From NCBI RefSeq assembly GCF_001194135.2, contig NC_069002.1, positions 37,475,433-37,539,432 on the forward strand: a stretch of DNA of 64,000 bases, written 5' to 3'. Source of the DNA: Octopus bimaculoides. Lineage: Eukaryota. The position numbers were made by a program, and so were the translations under genes. The notes beneath the pieces were generated by a model. That model saw nothing but the letters and a program-made list of their open reading frames with translations, was not told where the DNA came from and searched no databases. Numbering within the stretch: position 1 is the first letter of the stretch; each line of letters starts with the position of its first letter. Positions 25,201-33,997 of the stretch are shown one piece after another.

Positions 25201-25787
25201 ATTAACTAAGAATATTTTTTAATTGAAACAAAACTATCTTGTCGCAGAACCTTGTACCATTGTCATCCAACCTCTTAGAAATAAAAGCCGAATCGCAATT
25301 CCAATGACACCTTTTTAAAATTAACAGAGAACAAATGTAACATGGCCCCGAGATAATACGGGAGAGTCATGGATGGAACGCCTTTTAGGCTCGAGTTGAG
25401 GTTAAAAAACAGCCACGGTTTACATTTATCTTGTCTTACTCCTATATTTATAGATTTCTCTTGATATATTCTGATTCAAAGACAGGGGAAAAAATGATCA
25501 AAACCCGAAACCTTAAAAGTCACATGCAAATCTTTCTTTAAAGATAATTATAATAGGTGTTACCCGAGAATAAGTCCCTTTTGAAATTATTGCCCTACTA
25601 CTGAAACTAACAGCACTATTCTCAGCTTCCAACACAATAGTGAGGCAACTTTTCCCGTTATATTCATTGCTATTAAATTTTTTGTTTTTTATAAAGATAA
25701 TTAATCTACCTGTGAAGGTGTGATAAAGTCGTCTAGATTGGTGAGGAGAACAGCTCCGCTAAAGTGATTTCCTACGCCAGCCGCCAT
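9235..25787 (-). CDS. CIAO3: Cytosolic Fe-S cluster assembly factor NARFL/CIAO3 (Nar1/IOP1); join(25787-25710,19697-19605,18420-18265,17210-17078,13192-13058,12616-12368,11672-11600,10906-10769,9640-9235), 486 aa
   Basis: All nine exons are phase-consistent with GT-AG introns. Fe-hydrogenase-like motifs are present: [70 protein letters not shown] and a C-terminal W. Confidence 0.96.
10769..10906 (-). CDS. CIAO3: CIAO3 exon 8
   Basis: CAG acceptor, GTAAGA donor. Encodes [16 protein letters not shown]. Confidence 0.93.
11600..11672 (-). CDS. CIAO3: CIAO3 exon 7
   Basis: CAG acceptor, GTAAGT donor. Encodes [23 protein letters not shown]. Confidence 0.88.
12100..12312 (+). mobile_element. SINE-like dispersed repeat ending in (GAT)n (approximate ends)
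   Basis: The motif CTGGTC...CATCCAACC.ATGCCAGCATGGA..ACAGATGTTAAATGA(TGA)n recurs at ~15860-15932, ~18715-18870 (reverse), ~39930-40086 and ~60935-61043. Confidence 0.75.
12368..12616 (-). CDS. CIAO3: CIAO3 exon 6
   Basis: AAG acceptor, GTGAGT donor. Encodes [11 protein letters not shown]...[13 protein letters not shown]...DVDCVIST. Confidence 0.93.
13058..13192 (-). CDS. CIAO3: CIAO3 exon 5
   Basis: CAG acceptor, GTAAGA donor. Encodes [18 protein letters not shown]...PMLTSACP. Confidence 0.93.
14143..14237 (+). ncRNA. Type I hammerhead ribozyme motif (palindromic stem III, GUA cleavage triplet)
   Basis: CTGATGA at 14150-14156. Stem II pairs 14157-14167 with 14207-14217 (10/11 pairs). GAAA at 14218-14221. 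Stem III ACATATATGT is a perfect palindrome. H17 is A14231. Stem I is GATCTCC/GGAATT with one bulge. Confidence 0.75.
14474..15830 (-). mobile_element. Decayed Tc1/mariner-superfamily element, maT/DD37D-like
   Basis: TIRs CAGGGTGTCC..AAATTAA.GCAA / TTGC.TTAATTT..GGACACCCTG sit within TA runs. Minus-strand transposase remnants are [32 protein letters not shown] and [19 protein letters not shown]. Confidence 0.88.
15397..15490. repeat. 13-bp tandem repeat (CTCTGGTACTTTT)x~7 inside the maT element
   Basis: Directly visible in the sequence. Confidence 0.9.
16090..16631 (-). mobile_element. Penelope-like retroelement ORF N-terminal fragment (pseudogenised)
   Basis: Translation [42 protein letters not shown]...[14 protein letters not shown]...[11 protein letters not shown] matches the pre-RT region typical of PLEs (SLKNIP..S...Y...LI.K...F...LRWKAF; DKT.N.Y). 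Confidence 0.7.
17078..17210 (-). CDS. CIAO3: CIAO3 exon 4
   Basis: TAG acceptor, GTAAGG donor. Encodes [16 protein letters not shown]...[10 protein letters not shown]. Confidence 0.93.
17575..17745 (+). mobile_element. 3' fragment of an RLE-type (R4/Dong-like) LINE
   Basis: [15 protein letters not shown] and [15 protein letters not shown]...QLQKTVLLG resemble the restriction-like endonuclease C-terminus. Confidence 0.55.
18265..18420 (-). CDS. CIAO3: CIAO3 exon 3
   Basis: CAG acceptor, GTAGAC donor. Encodes [28 protein letters not shown]. Confidence 0.95.
19605..19697 (-). CDS. CIAO3: CIAO3 exon 2
   Basis: CAG acceptor, GTAAGT donor. Encodes [31 protein letters not shown]. Confidence 0.93.
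20470..20722 (-). mobile_element. RTE-type LINE apurinic endonuclease fragment
   Basis: An alternate minus frame reads [12 protein letters not shown]...VAGGFNCHV...[28 protein letters not shown]. Confidence 0.78.
20846..20952. repeat. 16-bp tandem repeat (TTGATCRGGGATCTGT)x~6-7
   Basis: Directly visible in the sequence; it sits inside a SINE-like tail. Confidence 0.9.
24296..25222. mobile_element. Foldback/MITE-like element with ~300-bp imperfect inverted arms in CIAO3 intron 1
   Basis: 24296-~24615 is the reverse complement of ~24930-25222 (e.g. GTGTATTAAACGAATCTGAAAACAAAAATTTGCG). TTAA occurs at both outer ends. Confidence 0.8.
25710..25787 (-). CDS. CIAO3: CIAO3 exon 1 (coding part)
   Basis: ATG at 25787, GTAGAT donor. 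Encodes [26 protein letters not shown], matching the conserved NARFL N-terminus. Confidence 0.93.
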
Positions 25788-25860
25788 ATCGCGTATAAAT
25801 AATAACCAATGAGAAACGGGCGAGCTATTCAGTGCAGAGGAACGACGATAACTACGTTTA
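25781..25860 (-). promoter_or_regulatory. CIAO3 start region: YY1-like GATATGGCGGC over the ATG, CCAAT at 25806-25810
   Basis: Motifs seen in a CpG-retaining stretch. Function is untested. Confidence 0.4.
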
Positions 25861-26479
25861 TTGTTGTTATTGATAAGTATTTCTCTCTCCCTTCCCCCTC
25901 CCCTCTCTCCCTTCCTCCTCCCCTCTCTCCCTTCCTCTCTCTCTCTCTTCCTCCCTCCTTCTGTCTTTCTCTCTCCGATTTTTCGTTTCATTTGATTTGA
26001 GGCTTGTCATAAATGACCTGTTTTTTTTTTACCTCTAATTATGGTTGCTCGTACAAATCATATATTTCATTGGAAACAAGGCAAATCCAATGATGGAACC
26101 GCTAAATGGTTCTTCAACCTACTCTGAATTAGCAACCAGATTTCCCCTCGAAACCACACCCTCCCATCCGTCTTAAATTAAGGGCACGTGGGACAATGTA
26201 TTCGTTAATATAGTCGATGGTCTGATCAGTCAAACAACAGTAAACGAACAAGTGAGCCAATTCGTCCTCTACAGAATAAAAACAGGACACACTAGATAAT
26301 GTATCAGATGAATTATGTCTGAGAAATCAAAAATACTGGATGATCATGATTGGAATGCCTTTAATTACAGATCTAGTGAGGCAAAAACAATGAGAGAATC
26401 AAGGAAGTGGCGAGTTTTAAGCGTCAGGTTTGCATCGGAATTAGAAAAAATAATGAATCTAAGTTTACAGATTCATCAC

Positions 26480-27290
26480 AGTATCAACGAGGCTATCAGA
26501 TACTATTGTACACCGCTGGTCACAATGCACTTCCAATTCTACCTTGATTGCATCATTTTTTCCCTTCTTGATCGAAATCGCTTAACTAAATCGTTTTCCC
26601 ATTGCCTTCCCAGTGGCCTTTTCCAATTTCTTGGATACCACTTGGCAACTGCAGAAGTTCACCTGTTGTCTGTGAGCCTTGCAACATTAGACCCAGTGAA
26701 ACTTGTGATTTCAGTATTCTGCGATAACATCGTTCACTCCCCGCCATTCTCGAATTTTACTTCGTTTCGGATATGCTCTCACAATATTCCAAGTATGGAT
26801 CTTTTCATTGCCCTTTGCGTCGTAGCCAATCGATGTCCTATCCTCTTTGTAAGACATCCTTTATTGAGGATAATGTCTTTCTGCCTGCTCTTATTCACTT
26901 TGAAACTTCAGCATCCATATCTCGTCGCATATTCACTGTGTGCCCTAAGGAGGCCTACTCCTTCACCACATCGATTTCATTGCTTCCCACCTCTATTCGG
27001 CTTTGTGCTACATCTTCCAACATACATTTTATTTTCAAGCAGTTCATTTTAAGGCTTGTTGCTGAGCTCTGAATGTCCAGCTGTCATTATGGTCTACAGC
27101 TGGCCTGTGGTTTCAACAATGAGTACAGTGTCATCTGCAAGTAAGAGGTGTGTTAGTTGCTCGCCATTGAGGTTCATGCCACCTGTCCCATCAATGTCCC
27201 TGATGACCATTTCTAGACATGCATAAAGAGCTTTGGAGAGGTGGTATCTCCTTGCTTGCTCGACAAATTGAATAACTGCTTTGGGTATTA
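26480..27290 (-). mobile_element. RTE-clade LINE reverse transcriptase 3' fragment (many stops and frameshifts)
   Basis: QGDTTSPKL.., MNLNGEQLTHL.LADDTVL, LGHTVNMRRDMDAEVS and LATTQRAMKRSILGI motifs lie on the minus strand. Confidence 0.85.
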
Positions 27291-28353
27291 TAACTTAAAC
27301 CATTCTTTTTATGAGAATTTTGAGACTTGATGAAGCAGTCAGTTTCAAAGTTTTATGGGGACGAAATGGGTTTCTCCAACTCTTTTTGAGATGGCTGATC
27401 CTTTTAAAGAATAATAGCCAAACTTCTTTTATTATCACACCTTACTTTCTTAAAGATAAAAAGGAATGAGGGATACATTGGATAAAGTAGTCCTAGATAC
27501 ACAATGCCTTAAGAATAATGTCACAGCAGGAATTTAGATATTCTAGAGAAGAGCTGGCCTAAGGCTATAACAACAAACATCGAGTCAACAGGGGAAACCT
27601 CCACAAAGTTGCTCCTGCTGGAAATAGCCAAACCTCACACAACATACCTTATGTAAAAAAGAAACACTGCATAATGTAGGGTGGAGTATAGAATACCTGA
27701 AAAGATAAGTAAAAGGTGGTCACATCTGGATTTCATTGTGGTTGTGTTCATTCAGGATTAATTTGGGGTTAAACAATTACAACAATAAATATAAATAAAA
27801 AGTAGCCTTAGGTTGTTTTTTTTTGTTTTGGTGAATACATATTGATTTCTGAAGGACAAAATATCAGTCTTCTTTGATAATTCCACTAAAATTTGGGATA
27901 ATTTATAGGAGTTTAATCGACATCAGAAGGGTTAAAGTCGAAATCAATCTTGGTGAGATATGAACTGAAGTGAACAGCTAAATTTGGCAAATCATTTTTA
28001 TTATACAACCCCAACCCTCACCCTTTTAACTGGCAGGTCCCTTTGGAACCAAGAGTTGGATCAGTGTTTTTTGGTTTCCATTGGTGGGCAAAAACATGGA
28101 GATTAACACACAGTCTACTGTCATGAAACAGTGTAAGTAAATTCTTAAAAATGAAAGTATATTGAGATAGAAACCAGAGGTGACAACAGCAATATACCTT
28201 AAATTTGATATCCGGTGGTGGGGCTTCCTTCTATACTAACAAAGTTCTCAAACATTCACTCAATTTTATTGATTCAAACAGCATCAAACCACAGAATTGA
28301 AGCACTTGAACAGATATAGCTGTAATGTCTCGGCTGAAAATATTGTCCACGTA

Positions 28354-28387
<34 letters not shown>

Positions 28388-28587
28388 TATATATATATAA
28401 TCGTGTTCCACATAATCGTGTTTGGGCATGGTTAAATATTACCTTACTTGGAAAGACCAAAGGATTGGCAATGGGAAGGACATCTGGCTATATGAAATCT
28501 GTCTGATCCATATGAGCATGCAAGTAAGGTAATATTTNNNNNNNNNNNNNNNNNNNNNNNNNNNNNNNNNNNCAGTAAAAATACACA

Positions 28588-28630
<43 letters not shown>

Positions 28631-28727
28631 TAATAGTAATGGTAAGACAACAAAAGAATGAATGAGACCTTGATATTATGTAAATAGAGGAATTTATCTG
28701 TAATATAATATGTGACAATTATTCGGT

Positions 28728-28800
28728 TGCCATAATAAAACTCTGAGTTTCGGATGTTGGGACGGAAATCTGCTCCGGCATCTCGTCAGTTATCAAGGCA
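28728..28800 (-). ncRNA. Type I hammerhead ribozyme motif (quasi-palindromic stem III, GUU triplet)
   Basis: CTGACGA at 28789-28783. Stem II is GATG/CATC(C) with an inner CGGAG/TTCCG hairpin. GAAA at 28751-28748. Stem III is ACTC-A-GAGT. Stem I TGCCTTGATAA/TTATTATGGCA pairs at 10/11 positions. Confidence 0.8.
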
Positions 28801-30373
28801 ATCAAAAAATGCTATGAAAATGACCAGGGTCATAAAGGTGGCGTTTTCTTTCTTAATGCTCCTGGCGGGACAGGCAAAATGTTCGTAACTAGACTCATTC
28901 TTGCAAAAGTAAGGCTACAAAAGTGCATCACAATAGCTGTGGAAACTTCGGGCATAGCTGCTACTCTGCTCCCTGGTGGAAGGACTGCACACTCTACGTT
29001 TAAGCTTCCCCTTAACCTCGTAAGTTCACCAATGCCTGTTTGCAACATTTCAAAGACGTTGGACAACGAGCAATTGCTCACACAATGCCACCTGATTGTT
29101 TGGGATGAATGCACAATGGCTCACAAGAGTGCCCTTGAGGCATTAGATAGAACTTTGCGAGACTAAAGGAAAGCCACGAACCGATGGGGGGGGGGGTCAC
29201 TGACTTGCTATCTGGGGACTTGAGACAAACCTTGCTAGTGATTCTGAAAGGCACAAGTGTGGATGAAGTTATGGCATGTCTTAAGTCTTCACCTCTATGG
29301 GATCATGTTGTTACTTTAAAGTTAGAATCCAACATGAGAGCGTGACTCCATGAAGACCCATTGTCAGAAGATTTTGCAAGGGATATTCTCCTTCTTGGCA
29401 ATGGTGAAGTTCCAGACGGAAATGAAGAAGTTGACATAAGTAACATTTGCACAATAGCCTGTACTATCCAGAGTCTTCAGGACCAGGTCTTCCCAGACCT
29501 AGAAGTCCACAACAGAGATCTAGATTGGCTTTGCCAAAGAGCCATTTTGGCTCCTAAAAACGTTGCCGTCAGTGCAATCAACAACAGCATCTTACTGCAT
29601 TTGCCTAGGGACGTGACAGTCTATAAGACAGTTAGACACCATTCCCAATCAAGATGAGGTAGTTGATTATCCCAATGAATTTTTGAATTCTTTGGAACCT
29701 TCAGGTGTACCTCCACATATTCTAACTCTTAAAGTTGGTAGCCCTGTTATGCTGATAAGGAATTTAAATCCACCAAAGTTGTACAACGGTACACGCCTTG
29801 TTATCACAAAATTACTTCCCAATGTCATTAAGCAATGATTATGACCATCTGTGGTAAAGGTTAAGACGTCTTCATACCGCGAATTCCCTTTGTGCCTTCG
29901 GCTGCTGACTTACCATTCACATTCTGCAGAGTGCAGTTTCCAATTAGACTCAGTTACACCATGTCCATTAATAAGACCGGGGGGCAGTCGCTGTCTGTCG
30001 TTAGACTTTACTTTGCCGAACCATGCATTTCACACAGTCCACTGTAGGTTGCCTGCTCAAGAGTGGGAAGTAGGAACAGTTTACATGCCTTTATCACCTA
30101 AAAATTTTCTTTATAAGGAAGTTTTGGAGACTTACCGTACTGGCGCCATATTTCAGTCTTACATTATTGCTGTTATAATTTTTGTTGCTTTATTTCTTTC
30201 ATTGATTCTTGTCGAAATATTGCACGTGCGATTCCCTTCAAGAGTTACTTAGGTGTTAGTTTAGCAGTGAAGCATGAAAGGTGTTTAAGGGAGGGGAGGG
30301 GGTGTTAATCGCTTTATTAGTATCTAAACCTTTTCGAACTAATAAACCCAGGCAACGTTGGGTACACCTGCTA

Positions 30374-30374
<1 letters not shown>
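28801..30374 (+). mobile_element. Helitron relic: PIF1-like helicase pseudogene plus 3' terminus
   Basis: Helicase motifs include Walker A (NAPGGTGK), SGIAATLLPGGRTAHS.FKLPL, Walker B (IVWDECTM), LNPPKLYNGTRL, QFPIRL and INK.GGQSL. A hairpin ACCCA..TGGGT (30346-30363) is followed by CTAG (30371-30374)|T. Confidence 0.92.
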
Positions 30375-30427
<53 letters not shown>

Positions 30428-31517
30428 NNNNNNNNNNNNNNNNNNNNNNNNNNNNNNNNNNNNNNNNNNNNNNNNNNNNNNNNNNNNNNNNNNNNNNNNN
30501 NNNNNNNNNNNNNNNNNNNNNNNNNNNNNNNNNNNNNNNNNNNNNNNNNNNNNNNNNNNNNNNNNNNNNNNNNNNNNNNNNNNNNNNNNNNNNNNNNNNN
30601 NNNNNNNNNNNNNNNNNNNNNNNNNNNNNNNNNNNNNNNNNNNNNNNNNNNNNNNNNATATATATGTGTGTGTGTGTGTGTGTGTGAGTGTGTGTATGTA
30701 TGTATATGTTTGTGTGTCTGCGTTTGTCCCCAACATCGCTTGACAACCGATGCTGGTGTGTTTACATTGCCGTAACCTAGCGGTTCGGCAAAACAGACCG
30801 GTAGAATAAGTACTAGGCTTACAAAGAATAAGTCCTGGGGTCGATTTCTTCGACTAAAGGTGGTGCTCCAGCATGGCCGCAGTCAAATGACTGAAACAAG
30901 CAAAAGAGATATATTTTTTTCTCTATATATGTATATACATGTATGTGTGTGTGTAGGCATGCTGGGGCACCATTTTGGTGTATGCGAGTTGGCACTTACC
31001 AAAATTTTGTTAAGTGTCAACGTAAGAAACTCTGAAACCTCGAATCACTCTGTTGTTTCTGCTAAATATTAATAAAACTATACATATACACATATCTTGA
31101 GTTCTATTTTTCCTATCTGCATCAACATACCTCTCTATATAAATATAAATATATATAAATATATATAAATAAATATATATATATTTATATATATACATAC
31201 ATACATACATACATACATATACACACACATACGTGCCTATTTCTTTGTGTACGTTCTTAAGTGTCACTGTTTCTCTATAAATATGCATGTGCGTGTAATA
31301 GTTTTTTGTGTGTTCGTCCGTATGAGGAAGTTGGTGATTGCGTCTGTGAATGTCTGATTGTGAGTCCACGCTTCTTCCTCGCTCCGTCTCCGTTTCAGTT
31401 TTTTTATTATTTTTACCTTTGAATTCTGGCAGCGTTTTTTGCTCCTCGTTGTAGGTGATGAGTGATCAGAGAAGGATGCGAGGTGAATACGTACGACGAA
31501 GAGTAGAAGAGGCTTCC

Positions 31518-31640
31518 ATGAACAACCCACCCAATTCTGCCGACCCTGTCATCTTGGTGACTGGAGGATACGACCATGGCATCAGGTTTTGGCATGCCTA
31601 CAGCGGCGTGTGTAGTCGCACCGTCCAGTTCACTGATTCT
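31518..31640 (+). CDS. MLST8: MLST8 coding exon 1 (may start at upstream in-frame ATG 31458)
   Basis: Encodes [20 protein letters not shown]...QFTDS. Donor is GTATCC. Confidence 0.93.
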
Positions 31641-31768
31641 GTATCCACAAACATATATACAAATATACAACACAGAAATACACACACACACACACACATG
31701 CATACACATAATATATATATATATATAATATATATACACATACACACACGTTAACATGTGTGTTTTTG

Positions 31769-31800
<32 letters not shown>

Positions 31801-33960
31801 TATACACATACATATATACATAATACGCACATGCGAATACAAAAATACACACATATGTATATATATATATATTTTACTGATATCTTTATTGTTGTTTATT
31901 GTTTGTTTTTTGTAGCATTTTATGGAATTTTAGTTATTTGTTTTTAAATGTTCATCTTTCTAATTGCATTTCCATCTTAGCATGCTCTTAAGATCGACCA
32001 CCCCACAACTTGATTCTGTCGATGTTTGCGCAAATATTAACAATTATGGTGATTTCTTTCTTCTTTATTTACTACAAACGAGGGGACGAAAATAAACGAT
32101 AATCCGTGATAATAATAGATTTGTGCTTAATATTTTAACTTTGAGATTAAAGAAGAGAGAATTATCACCAAGATAATTATGTCGACATTTAGAACACAAA
32201 TACTAAACCAAGAAAATGAGAAAAGAAATCCAATTCTTTTGTTAGGATTTTTCTAATTTTACAAAAGTATTTTACATTTCTTTCTTTTGTATTTCTAAAC
32301 AACACAAAAAATGTATCGAAATTACAACTTAACCAAACAAACGAAATATTAGTGTTTTATTTAATTTTTCCTTTTGGTCTCCGCAAAAAGTTACGAAAAA
32401 TAGTTGGTTCCTTCTACGTCAGTTAATTTGCTAGACATAGCAGCCAAATAGACTGAATGATTTATACATCAACGTCGTTTTATTGAAGGAAAGGGCATCT
32501 TAATGTCCTGACATGTTATATCTGAATACAAAGTTGAGTTGGTCACAAAGGGATTGCCTTATATTTTTGCTCGATGAGGGCTGACTTGTGTTTGCTTAAA
32601 AACAACGTTGAGAAAAATAACAACAAAGGAAAATGAACGAACGAGAAAATGTTGAATCGATCGTTTTAAAGATTTATTTACTTTTCGTTTAGTTTTACTT
32701 TGTTTATTAACTGAATTTCAGTAATTGGCAAACATGCCCCCCCCCTACCCTTTTTTTTTTACACATATGTTGTAAAAGATATAGTTTTTCGAGTAGTGCG
32801 GGGGCAAAATAATAATAATCTTCAGAGTCTCTTGCTTTAATCTCAGAATGCTGTATACAATCCCATTGTGTATTTTAATCAGAATGCCTTTATTCGTTAA
32901 TCAGGGTTTAACCTTAGGTTTGACCTGTTCAGAAATAACAGCCAAATCACGCTACCGTTGTTATAATGGATCGTGTAATCCGAGTTTTACTAACTCTGTT
33001 AGAATTAAATAACTGTTCGTGTATATGGTGTTATATGATATAACACCATATATATAAAACTTATATATGTTTTACATTTAACTTCTATGTAAAATATAAA
33101 AACCGCAATACTGTAATAGAAAAGTAGACTAAAAGAAATCCACCAGAGTCTGTATAGCTATTTTGTTAATTTCGAGTCTGATTTATTATTTAATAACAAT
33201 AATTTCTAATGTACGTTTAAGACGTTATTTAAATTTTGTGGGGAGGGGCAAAGCAAAACATTTTGCTCCTAACTGGTCTCTCAGTTAATTCTGACAGGAT
33301 TTGAAATCAGAACATAGATGTCTAACTAAATACTACTTTGCCTTTCTAAAACCTGCAACACACACTAAATATTAGATAGATATTTGTGTGTTTATATTTA
33401 TGTATATTGGAGCACCTTTGTTGAAAATATTCCATTAACGAATGGCAAAAACAATTGCCTCCCTTTTGATTGAAGAGCGAAGTCAGAAATTAATTAGTAA
33501 ATTAAAAAATAATTTCGAAAACTATTTTTTAATTATTATAAAACAAAAACGGGTGCTAGATTGGTAGAATCATCAATGTCGAACAAAATTCCTTGCAATA
33601 TTTGTTGTAACTGAAGGCGGCGAGTTAGCAGGATCGTTAGCACGCCGTTCTGAGTTCAATTCTGCCGAGGTCGACTTTGCTTTTCAGCCTTTCAGGGTGA
33701 AAAGCAAAATCGACCTCGAAATAAGTACCAGGTGAGCACTGGAGTCTACGTAATTAACCCAAAATTTCAGGCCTTGTGCCTACAACGAAAAGTATTTGTT
33801 GTAGGTATCAAGTTTTGTGTTCAAATCCCGCCGAGGTTAACTTTAGTTTTCATCCTATCGGGGACCATAAAATAAAGTACCAAACATTTCGAGCCTACGC
33901 TCTTCCACAGAAAGAAACAAGGAGAGAAAAAAAATGTGTGTAGTGATTAACGATCTATCA

Positions 33961-33997
<37 letters not shown>

